Source: Actinomycetota bacterium
GTDB lineage: Bacteria; Actinomycetota; Thermoleophilia; Gaiellales; Gaiellaceae
Assembly: GCA_005885125.1 (NCBI GenBank)
Contig: VAXU01000026.1
Coordinates: forward strand, 1,532-65,531
Length of the DNA stretch: 64,000 nucleotides
Direction: 5' to 3'
Shown: positions 18,510 through 26,642 of the stretch, in pieces
How positions within the stretch are numbered: the first letter of the stretch is position 1
Layout: every line of letters starts with the position of its first letter
Position numbers and translations under genes: made by a program
The notes under the pieces: generated by a model
Seen by the model: only the letters and a program-made list of their open reading frames with translations
The model's database searches: none
Told to the model about the DNA's origin: nothing

Positions 18510-19252
18510 GCCCGAGGGAGATGCCGTTCACCGCGCGGCACGGCGGCTGCAGGCGCTCGTCGGCGAGGAGCTCGAGGTCGAGACACCGCATCCGCGCGCC
18601 GCCGTGAAGCAGCTCGCCCCGCTGCTCGACGGACGGCGGCTCGAAGCGGTCGAGGCGGTTGGCAAGAACCTGCTGCTTCGATTCGAAGGCGGAGTCGTCC
18701 TACGCAGTCCACATGCGGATGAAGGGACGCTGGCGCGTGCTGCCGCGCAACGCGGAGATCTTCGGCGTGCCGTGGCTCGTGCTGCGTGGCGAGCAGCACG
18801 TCGGCGTCCTGTCGGGCGGATCGGTGCTCGAGCTCGACCGTGGGGTCGCCGGCCGCGTCGGGCCCGACATCCTCGCGCAGCCGCCTGACTTCGACGCGAT
18901 GCTGCGGAACCTGCGGGCGATCGAGCAGACGCGCGAGGTGGGGGACGCGCTGCTCGATCAGCGCCTCATCGGCGGCATCGGGAACGTCTGGAAGGTGGAG
19001 AGTCTGTGGGCTGCGGAAGTGTCGCCGTGGCGGCCGCTCGCGGACGTCGGCGACGACGAGCTGCGCGCGGTCCTCCACGAGGCGCACGGGTTGATGAAGG
19101 GACGCCTCGACGGCATCCGCGGGCGGGCTCGCGTGTATCGACGGAAAGGACGACCGTGCCCGCGCTGCGGCCTGCCGATCCGCTCGTGGCCGCAGGGCGA
19201 CAGCGCACGGATGGCGTACTGGTGCCCGCAGTGCCAGCCGGGCCCGCGCTGA
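18508..19252 (+). pseudogene. nei: Fpg/Nei-family DNA glycosylase (endonuclease VIII-like), split by a 1-nt frameshift
   Basis: The N-terminal catalytic MPEGDAVH...GKNLLLRFEGGVVLRS stops being sensible at 18709. HMRMKGRWRV...IGGIGNVWKVESLW...CPRCG...WCPQCQ continues in the +1 frame (track ORF 18659..19252). Confidence 0.8.
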
Positions 19253-19259
19253 GACCAAA

Positions 19260-19284
19260 GGGTCAGACCCTCCGGGTCTGACCC
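19260..19284. terminator. Hairpin GGGTCAGACCC-TCC-GGGTCTGACCC (repeat family 1)
   Basis: The 32 nt AAGGGTCAGACCCTCCGGGTCTGACCCGCTTT are identical to the copy at 2227-2258. Lies 8 nt after the nei stop. Confidence 0.6.
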
Positions 19285-19336
19285 GCTTTTGGACGGCTGC
19301 GAAGGAGAGGTGATGCGCGCGCCGTAGACGGAACCC

Positions 19337-20575
19337 GTGGCCGTGCGTGCTCCGCACCTGTATCGCTCGCTCCGCGGCTTCTGCCTCGGCGCCTTTCGCA
19401 CGCTGCTCGGGGACATCGACGACGGCGCCGACGTCCCGTTCGCCTTCGAGGAGCACACGTCGTTCGACCGGCCGGCGCTGTACGAGTACCGTCCGCTCGT
19501 CCGCCCGTTCGTCGAGGTTCGTGCGCACCGGCTCACGCGTCGCGAGGACGCGCGCATCGCGATCGACGACCTCAAGCGCGAGCCTGCGGCGGCGATCTTC
19601 GCGCGCGCGCATGCAAGTCCGCGCGCGTCTGACGACGACGGGCTCTTCGCCAGCGTCCTGCTCCCGTTGCTCGCGCGCACGGCCGAGCTGTGCGGCGGGT
19701 TCGACTGGGACGACGCGGCGTACGACAAGGCATACGCGGAGCTCGAGCAGTCGCTGTTCGGCGCCGGCCACTCGTACGGCGCTGTGGCTCCGCTCGTCGG
19801 GATCACGCTCGGCGGCCAGGCTGTCGACCTCGGCGGCGGGATTCGCGTGCGAACGGCGGCGACGGGCGAGGTAGCGAAGCTCTGGCCGGAGGCGGGAGGC
19901 TTGCTCCCCGTCGACTTCGGCCGCGAGCCCGACCGGATCTGCGTGCTGGAGCTCGAGCGTGCCCTCCCGCGCGGCGACACCGAGCCGCCCGATGCGCCCG
20001 GCGAGATCGCGGACGCGGTGACGGCGATCCGCCTCGCCGCAGCGGCGCCGATCGCCGCCGGGCCGGTCCTGTTCGAGCGGCTCGACTGGCGTCCGTACGG
20101 CGTCAGGCCCGTCCTGCCAATCGCCGCCACGCAGCCCGCGGGCGAACCGACCCGGCTCGACTCCTTCCGCGGCGCGCTCGCAGCCGACCTGCGTACGCGG
20201 CTCGCGGCGGCCGACGAAGACCCCGATCTCGGCGAGGCGCTCGACCGGTGGGAGCTCTCGCTGTTCCAGGACGGCCCGTTCCGAGCGGAACAGCTGCGCG
20301 AGTCGCTCGTCGCGTTGCTCGGAGGAACGGACGGGCTGTGGGCGGCCGTCGTTCGCGGTGCGATCCTGCTCGGCGAGGACGGCCGCGAACGTGCTGACGC
20401 CCAGGTGCGCCTGGCCGGCGATCCGGAGTCGGACCTCGTCCGTCGCGCGCTCGTCGAGACGCTCGTGCGCGGCGACCGCGCGACACTCGTCCGCATGCTC
20501 GACGAGACGATCCTCGGCCTCCGCCCGGCACCGGCCGCGCGCCCGCCCTCGGTCGCCCGCGCGCTCGCGAGCTGA
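19337..20575 (+). CDS. Hypothetical protein (412 aa), no recognised family
   Basis: Long ORF with genome-typical codon bias and a non-Arg-rich composition. Its stop overlaps the next start (TGATG at 20573-20577). Confidence 0.65.
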   Translation: MAVRAPHLYRSLRGFCLGAFRTLLGDIDDGADVPFAFEEHTSFDRPALYEYRPLVRPFVEVRAHRLTRREDARIAIDDLKREPAAAIFARAHASPRASDDDGLFASVLLPLLARTAELCGGFDWDDAAYDKAYAELEQSLFGAGHSYGAVAPLVGITLGGQAVDLGGGIRVRTAATGEVAKLWPEAGGLLPVDFGREPDRICVLELERALPRGDTEPPDAPGEIADAVTAIRLAAAAPIAAGPVLFERLDWRPYGVRPVLPIAATQPAGEPTRLDSFRGALAADLRTRLAAADEDPDLGEALDRWELSLFQDGPFRAEQLRESLVALLGGTDGLWAAVVRGAILLGEDGRERADAQVRLAGDPESDLVRRALVETLVRGDRATLVRMLDETILGLRPAPAARPPSVARALAS

Positions 20576-21249
20576 TGCCCGCGGCGCTCGTCACCGGGGC
20601 GAGCCGCCGCATCGGGCTCGCCGCTGCAGCCGTCCGGGCGCTCGAGCGCGACGGTTGGGAGGTCGTCACCGCCGGCTTTCCTCGGTCCGACGTGGGCGAG
20701 GCGCGCGAGGTCGACATCCAGGCCGACATCTCCGAGCCCGATGCACCGGCGCGCATCTTCGACGCTGCCGGCGACGTGACGGCATTGATCATGGCGCACG
20801 CGCACTCCGAACACGGCGGCGTGGTGAGCACGAGCGTCGAGGACTTCGATCGTCACATCGCCGTCAACGCGCGCGGTTCGATGTTGCTGATGGCAGAGTT
20901 CGCACGCCGCTTTCGCGGCGAGCGCGGCAGCATCGTCAGCTACACGAGCGACGCCGTGATCGACGAGGTCGGCTACGGCGCTAGTAAAGGGGCGCTCGAC
21001 CGGATCACGATCGCCGCTGCAATCGAGCTCGCGCCGCTCGGAATCACGGTGAACGCGCTCAATCCGGGCCCGGTCGACACCGGGTGGATGACGCCCAACC
21101 TCTCGGCGCAGATCGAAGAGCGCACGCCACTCGGTCGCCTCGGCCGCCCCGAGGACTCGGCGGAGCTCGTCGCCTTCCTGTGCTCGCCGGGCGGCGGCTG
21201 GATTACCGGCCAGATCCTCCGCTGCGACGGCGGGATCAGCCTCCTGTAG
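20575..21249 (+). CDS. SDR-family oxidoreductase
   Basis: TGASRRIG N-terminal motif, catalytic YGASKGAL (YxxxK), and a PGPVDT motif. Confidence 0.85.
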   Translation: MPAALVTGASRRIGLAAAAVRALERDGWEVVTAGFPRSDVGEAREVDIQADISEPDAPARIFDAAGDVTALIMAHAHSEHGGVVSTSVEDFDRHIAVNARGSMLLMAEFARRFRGERGSIVSYTSDAVIDEVGYGASKGALDRITIAAAIELAPLGITVNALNPGPVDTGWMTPNLSAQIEERTPLGRLGRPEDSAELVAFLCSPGGGWITGQILRCDGGISLL

Positions 21250-21257
21250 TCGACTGC

Positions 21258-21941
21258 TTAGCGAAGCGACTGCCGCGCCCGAATGCGCGCTGCGAACTTC
21301 GCCGGGACGCGGTAGAACGTTCCGTCGCGATAGAGCCACCCGCCGCGGCGCGACACGCGTACGTCCGTCAAGGAGTCACTCCACGGGCTTTGCGCCACTG
21401 TTGTCATTCGCACGCGCAGCCAGCCGACTGGATGCGCCGGCAACGCAGCTGACCCGACCGCCCACAACCGCGCGTAGCTCGCCGGGTCGCGCGCCGGGCG
21501 ACCACCAACTGTCACGCGCGTGATCGTCGGCGCCGGCATTGGCTTGATGCCCGCGCTCAGACGACCAAGGACCTGCAGTGCGCCGGGGCTCGGACGGAGC
21601 CACGACACCGCGGCGTCGAAGGAGGTGCTCCCACCCAGGGCGGCGCCGAAGAGACGGACCAGGCGCGAGTCGCCGATGTAGTACCCGGATTCCGGCCGCT
21701 GGTTCGCGAACTGCCACCGCAAGACGTAGAAGTCCGACGGCACGGCAGTCGGCCCGATGAACGTGACGCCTGCGCCGTAGAAGAGACTGACCGCGACGGT
21801 CTCCGCGTCGTTCCCAGCCAGCGACACGCACGCAGACCCGCCGCAGAGCCGGAAGCCGTCTGGCGGCGCCTTGGCCTCGGCGCCCGTCGCGAACACCAAC
21901 ACAGGGCTTGCGAGGACTGCGGCAACCGGCAGTCGGCTCAT
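21258..21941 (-). CDS. Secreted protein of unknown function (paralog B of 21938..22546)
   Basis: 227-aa 3' part of track ORF 21258..23672. Signal-like MSRLPVAAVLASPVLVFATGAEA. Colinear similarity to the upstream gene (AEAKAPP.GF..CG..AC, TVGG.P..DPASY.RLW.VG, SPW.D, SRRGG.L.RD.T.YR.P). ATGA start/stop overlap. Confidence 0.7.
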   Translation of the reverse strand: MSRLPVAAVLASPVLVFATGAEAKAPPDGFRLCGGSACVSLAGNDAETVAVSLFYGAGVTFIGPTAVPSDFYVLRWQFANQRPESGYYIGDSRLVRLFGAALGGSTSFDAAVSWLRPSPGALQVLGRLSAGIKPMPAPTITRVTVGGRPARDPASYARLWAVGSAALPAHPVGWLRVRMTTVAQSPWSDSLTDVRVSRRGGWLYRDGTFYRVPAKFAARIRARQSLR

Positions 21942-22546
21942 CGAAGCGACGCGCGTGCGCGGACGAGCCGGGCGAGCTGCGTCGGAATGCGGTAGACCGT
22001 CGAGTCCCGCATCAGAAAACCGCCACGGCGCGAGATGCTCAGGTGCGCCGCGCCGTCGGTCCACGGACTCACCAGATCGGACGTGACCTTGATCCCCGTG
22101 AAACCCGTCGGCGGCCAGGTATAGGTCGGAGTTCCCACCGACCAGAGCCGCAGGTAGCTCGCCGGATCCTGCACCGGCTTCCCACCGACCGTCACGAGCG
22201 ACGGGATCGGGGCGGAAAACGGCTGGAGCGTCGACGTGAGCCGCTCGAGCACCGTGCGCACGCCTTGGCCCAGCTTGATCCAATGGACGAGCGCGCCGGC
22301 CGACTCCGGACCCGATGGCGAGCCCACGTACCGGAACGCATTCAGGAGCGGCACGTAGTACCCGGTGCGCGCCTCTCCCTGCTGGAACGACCAGGCCAGT
22401 GGCTCGGCGTCGGCGAATGCGTCGATCGCGGCGCACGCAGTCCGCCCACAGACCTGGAACCCGCTCGGAGGTGCTTTCGCCTCCGCGCTCGACGTGACCG
22501 CCAGAATCGACACCGCAAGCAGCGCGGCGGCCAGCACCCGTCTCAT
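21938..22546 (-). CDS. Secreted protein of unknown function (paralog A)
   Basis: 202 aa, signal peptide MRRVLAAALLAVSILAVTSSAEA. See paralog B. Confidence 0.75.
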   Translation of the reverse strand: MRRVLAAALLAVSILAVTSSAEAKAPPSGFQVCGRTACAAIDAFADAEPLAWSFQQGEARTGYYVPLLNAFRYVGSPSGPESAGALVHWIKLGQGVRTVLERLTSTLQPFSAPIPSLVTVGGKPVQDPASYLRLWSVGTPTYTWPPTGFTGIKVTSDLVSPWTDGAAHLSISRRGGFLMRDSTVYRIPTQLARLVRARASLR

Positions 22547-22558
22547 CGAAACCCCCTC

Positions 22559-23362
22559 CTACTCGCTTGGAGAGGTTACACCCAAGGGCGCGAGGAGGTT
22601 CCCTCGCGGTGAGTCTTCGTCGGGGGCCGCGAGCGTGCGAACCGCCGATGCAAATCGGCCCACCTCTGACGCCGAGAGCGCGCCGCCGTGCAGTTCGACG
22701 ACAAACGCCGTCGTGCCCGGCAGAACATGGTCTTGCCACGACGTCGCGCTGCCGGGATATCGAGGGAGGCGAACGAGGGGAAGCCCGACGAGATCCGCGA
22801 AGCGCCGCTCGATCGTCACGCTTCCGCCCGACTCGTCGACGACGTCGAGCGCCTGATGGAACCAGATCGTCACCGCGGGTCGCAGCCGCAGGATCAGGTG
22901 TGCGGCGAGGCGCGACTCGGGTTCGGAGAGCGGCCGAGGGCCCGCGTAGTGCAGGGATCCCGGCGATTCGAGCGGGCGCCAGTGCCAGGGGAAGTTTCGG
23001 TTCAGGTCGACTCCGCGCCCGTTCATGCGTGTGCCCGCGGCGAAGCCGTCCGGATTCAGGTTCTCGACGATCCAGAGATCCGCGTTTGCAAGCGGCGCCC
23101 CGCGCGCGAGCTCGCGCGCGACCGCGATTCCCGCGCACTCGCTCCCGTGGATGCAACCGATCACGAGGAGCTTTCGGCGCTCGTCCGGGTCGCCGAGCTC
23201 GGTGATCCTGATCGGGCGGCCGAACGCCGAACGGCCGAGCAGCGCGTGCCGGACGACCGTCCGGTCGTGCGTCGCAGCGTGACCGACGTGCGGATGAGGC
23301 GCGACGAGCAAGGTCGCTGCGACGAGCAGAATCCGGCACGAATGCGTCACGGTCCCGTGCAT
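22559..23362 (-). CDS. M14-family zinc carboxypeptidase (MpaA/gamma-D-Glu-DAP peptidase-like)
   Basis: IGCIHGSECAG, NLNPDG, GVDLNRNFP and WFHQ motifs. N-terminal signal-like segment. Confidence 0.8.
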   Translation of the reverse strand: MHGTVTHSCRILLVAATLLVAPHPHVGHAATHDRTVVRHALLGRSAFGRPIRITELGDPDERRKLLVIGCIHGSECAGIAVARELARGAPLANADLWIVENLNPDGFAAGTRMNGRGVDLNRNFPWHWRPLESPGSLHYAGPRPLSEPESRLAAHLILRLRPAVTIWFHQALDVVDESGGSVTIERRFADLVGLPLVRLPRYPGSATSWQDHVLPGTTAFVVELHGGALSASEVGRFASAVRTLAAPDEDSPRGNLLAPLGVTSPSE

Positions 23363-23385
23363 TTTGCCGAGCTACCGTCGAGGGA

Positions 23386-23613
23386 ATGGACGAGGCCCGC
23401 GCGGTGATCGAACGGCTCGACCGGATCGACGTGCTCGAGCGGGACGGCGCTCCCCCCGCGGTGCTGCTCGAGGAGCTGCGCGGACTCGTCCACGATGCGG
23501 AAGCCTGGGCCCGGCTCGAAGCCGACGAACGCGCCGCCGCTGCGCTCGAACGCTGCGATTTGGCTCTCGCGCAACCCGTGGCGTTGCGTCCGCCGATTCG
23601 GACGGCGGGCTGA
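23386..23613 (+). CDS. Small hypothetical protein (75 aa)
   Basis: Helical, non-Arg-rich translation with GC3-rich codons, divergent from the M14 gene. No family recognised. Confidence 0.4.
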   Translation: MDEARAVIERLDRIDVLERDGAPPAVLLEELRGLVHDAEAWARLEADERAAAALERCDLALAQPVALRPPIRTAG

Positions 23614-23705
23614 CCCAGGAGCGGGTTGAGACGGAGGCGCGGGCGAAGCCCACACCTCCTCTGAATCGACATCGCAAGCGATGTCTACGGCGTAGAGTCG
23701 CGCGC

Positions 23706-24649
23706 GTGGGGATCGCGCACTGGGACGACGTTCAGAAACGGCGAAACGAACGAGGCGAGATGGCCGCCACGTGGTCGAATCTCGGCGGCGCCGCAGGGAG
23801 TTACCGCTGCGGCGTCCAGCGCATCGAGCTCCAGCCGGGCGAGATGCCGACGCCGGCGCACGTCCACGGCGAGGCGGAGGAGATCTTCTACGTCCTCGGC
23901 GGCTCGGGTCTCACGTGGCTGGACGAGAAGGCCTACGAGATCCGCGCGGGCGATTGCATCGTTTACAAGAACTTCCACGAAGCGCACACGATTCGCGCGG
24001 GCGACGACGGACTCGACGTGCTCGCGTTCGGCGCGCGCGAGTACACGCCTGTCGGAGAGCTCCCCCGTGGCGGCAGCATGTGGACGGTCACCGGCTGGGC
24101 GGAAGTCCACACGGACAGCCATCCTTGGGACCGTGAGCCGGCGCTCGAGTGGCCCGAGCCCGAGCCCGAGCGCGTGCCGACGATCGTGAACGTTGCCGAC
24201 GTCGAGCCCGAAGTGCGCGGCGGGAGGCGCAGGCGCCACCTCGGGAGCGCGGCGGGCTCCCGTTGGACGGGTCTTGCCACATCGAGTGCGAGCCGGGCAT
24301 CCTCTCGGGACCACCGCACGCGCACTCGGCGGAGGAGGAGATCTTCGTCGTCCTCGGCGGCGACGGAACGCTCGAGCTGACGCCGTCACCGCGCGGTGCG
24401 GCGGAGTTCGACGATCGACCGGAGACACAGCCGGTCCGCCGCGGCACGGTCGTCGCGAGCCCGCCGGGCACCGGCGTCGCCCATGCGTTCCGCGCCGGCG
24501 ACACCACGCTGACCCTCATCGCGTGGGGAACACGCGAGCCGAACGACATCTGCTGGTACCCGCGCTCGAAGAAGCTCTTCTGGCGCGGCGTCGGCGTGAT
24601 CGGTCGCGTAGACATGCTCGACTACTGGGACGGCGAGGAGCTGGAGTGA
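23706..24649 (+). pseudogene. Bicupin protein, interrupted by a -1 frameshift near 24257-24263
   Basis: GTG 23706 (VGIAHWDDV...). The first cupin (HVHGEAEEIFYVLGGSG) is in the frame of track ORF 23364. The second cupin (HAHSAEEEIFVVLGGDG) is in the frame of track ORF 24149. Colinear with the intact downstream paralog. Confidence 0.7.
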
Positions 24650-25569
24650 TCGCGCACTGGGACGACGTCCAGGCCGTCCGCCTGGAGAAGGGTCACATGT
24701 GCGGGACGTGGACGGATCTCGGCGAAGCGGCAGGCTCGCAGCACATCGGGGTGAACCGCATCCAGATCGATCCGGGACGCTGGTCCACTCCCGTGCACCG
24801 CGAGCTCGACGCGGAGGAGATCTTCTTCATGCTCGCCGGCTCCGGGCTGTCGTGGCACGACGGCAAGACCTACGAGATCGGGCCAGGCGACTGCATCGTC
24901 TATCGCGTCGCCGAAGAGCACACATTGCGTGCAGGCGACGAGGGCCTCGACGTGCTCGCGTTCGGGGAGCGGATCATCGCCAGGTACACGCACTTTCCGC
25001 GCACGAACGTGATCGGCAACTACCCCGGCGTGACAGTCGACGTCTCGCAGGGCCCCCGCGCATGGGACCGCGAGGTCGAGGCGGGCGAGCCCGAGCTGCC
25101 CGAGGCGTCGCCGCGGCCCGCGAACATCGTCAATGTTGACGATGTCGCAGGCGAGTACGACGGCCGTTGGAAGCGGCTTGCTGCGGAGGCCGGCTCGGTG
25201 CGCACAGGCCTCAACCTCGCGAGCCAGGGACCCGGCGAGGACGGCGCCGACCCGCATTGTCACTCCGCGGACGAGGAGATCTTCGTCGTCCTCGCGGGCT
25301 CGGGACGGATCGAGCTCTGGCCTGCGCCGCTCCGAGCCGCGCACGGTGCCGAGCGCGAGGAGCACCCGATCCACGCGGGCCATGTGATCTCGCGGCCGCC
25401 GGGGACCGGAATCGGGCATTACCTCGTGGCGGGGGACGAGGGAATGACGTATCTCGCTTACGGCACGCGCCGACCGGACGACGTTTGCTACTACCCGCGC
25501 GCGAACCAGATCTACTTCCGCGGCCTCGGGCTACTCACGGAACTGCCTCCGGTCGCGCCCGAGGAGTAG
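24646..25569 (+). CDS. Bicupin protein (intact paralog)
   Basis: GTG 24646 overlaps the upstream stop (GTGA). VIAHWDDV..., two cupin motifs (ELDAEEIFFMLAGSG; HCHSADEEIFVVLAGSG). Confidence 0.8.
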   Translation: MIAHWDDVQAVRLEKGHMCGTWTDLGEAAGSQHIGVNRIQIDPGRWSTPVHRELDAEEIFFMLAGSGLSWHDGKTYEIGPGDCIVYRVAEEHTLRAGDEGLDVLAFGERIIARYTHFPRTNVIGNYPGVTVDVSQGPRAWDREVEAGEPELPEASPRPANIVNVDDVAGEYDGRWKRLAAEAGSVRTGLNLASQGPGEDGADPHCHSADEEIFVVLAGSGRIELWPAPLRAAHGAEREEHPIHAGHVISRPPGTGIGHYLVAGDEGMTYLAYGTRRPDDVCYYPRANQIYFRGLGLLTELPPVAPEE

Positions 25570-25682
25570 CGCTCGACTTAGCGAACTCGTTGGATTCCTG
25601 CTACTCGTAGTCCAGCCCTAAAGGCCGGTCCTCCCTCATTCGCGTCTCCAGCTTCCTTTCGCGTCGCCCGATACCCCCCTCA

Positions 25683-26642
25683 ATGGGGAGAGCGTTCCGT
25701 GCCTTCAGGTCTCGTCGCGTTCGAATCGCCGTCAACGCCATCGTTGTCGCCGGCGCGCTGACCGCTGCTGCGCTCGCCACGCACCATTTCCTCCACGCGG
25801 GCTGGCCGCTCTCGAACGCCGACCCGCTGCTCGTGTCCGCCGCGGGCGTGCTCTTCATCGCCGCCTACGCCTTCAAGGCGTGGGGCTGGCAGCGGCTGTT
25901 CGCGCCGCACGAGCGACCGCAGGCGCTGACGCTCGCCGCCGCTGGTGGTGCTGCGTCGGTCGGCGGAGTCGCGCTGCCCGGACGGTTCGACGAGGCGATC
26001 CGGATCGCGGTCGTCCGCCGGCTTCCCGGCAAGACCGCAGGTTTCGGCGCGATCTGCCTGACGATCGTGGTCGTCGGGCTCCTGGACTCCGCGGCGCTGA
26101 CGCCTGCGGCGTCCGTCGCCGCAGCCGCGTCGGAGAAGGGCAGCGTGCAGATCGGGTTCGCACTCGTCGCCGCCGCCGGGCTCGCGGCAGCGCTGCTCGT
26201 CTTCTTCTTGCCGCGCCTCGCCCGCGTCGGGTGGGTCGCACGGTTCAAGCTCGGGCGCTGGTTGCAGGAGCATTGCGCTTGCCGCCGCAGCGCCTGGCAG
26301 GCCTGGATGCTGATCAGCGTCTCGTGGGCGCTGCGTGCACTGGCGGTGTTCGTGCTGTTGCAGGCGCTCGCCGTCGGCGCGTCGTTCCCGCTCGCCCTCG
26401 CATTCCTGTGTGCGTCAGCTGCATCTGCAGCGCTTCCGATCGCACCGGTCGGCGCGGCGACGCAGGCCGGTGCGGGCGCTGCGATCCTGATCGTCAGCGA
26501 CGTTCCGAAGGCGGAAGCCGTTGCGTTCGCCGTCGCGGCACAGGGATTGATCATCCTCGCCGGCGCCGTGATCTGCGCGGTCGCCGGCCTGTGGCATCTC
26601 GCCGCGCGCCTCCGGCGAACGGCCGCCGTCGCCGCCTACTAA
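25683..26642 (+). CDS. Flippase-like / UPF0104 (LPG-synthase TM region-like) membrane protein
   Basis: 319 aa, polytopic. AYAFKAWGWQRLF and GRFDEAIRIAV motifs resemble UPF0104. Confidence 0.65.
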   Translation: MGRAFRAFRSRRVRIAVNAIVVAGALTAAALATHHFLHAGWPLSNADPLLVSAAGVLFIAAYAFKAWGWQRLFAPHERPQALTLAAAGGAASVGGVALPGRFDEAIRIAVVRRLPGKTAGFGAICLTIVVVGLLDSAALTPAASVAAAASEKGSVQIGFALVAAAGLAAALLVFFLPRLARVGWVARFKLGRWLQEHCACRRSAWQAWMLISVSWALRALAVFVLLQALAVGASFPLALAFLCASAASAALPIAPVGAATQAGAGAAILIVSDVPKAEAVAFAVAAQGLIILAGAVICAVAGLWHLAARLRRTAAVAAY

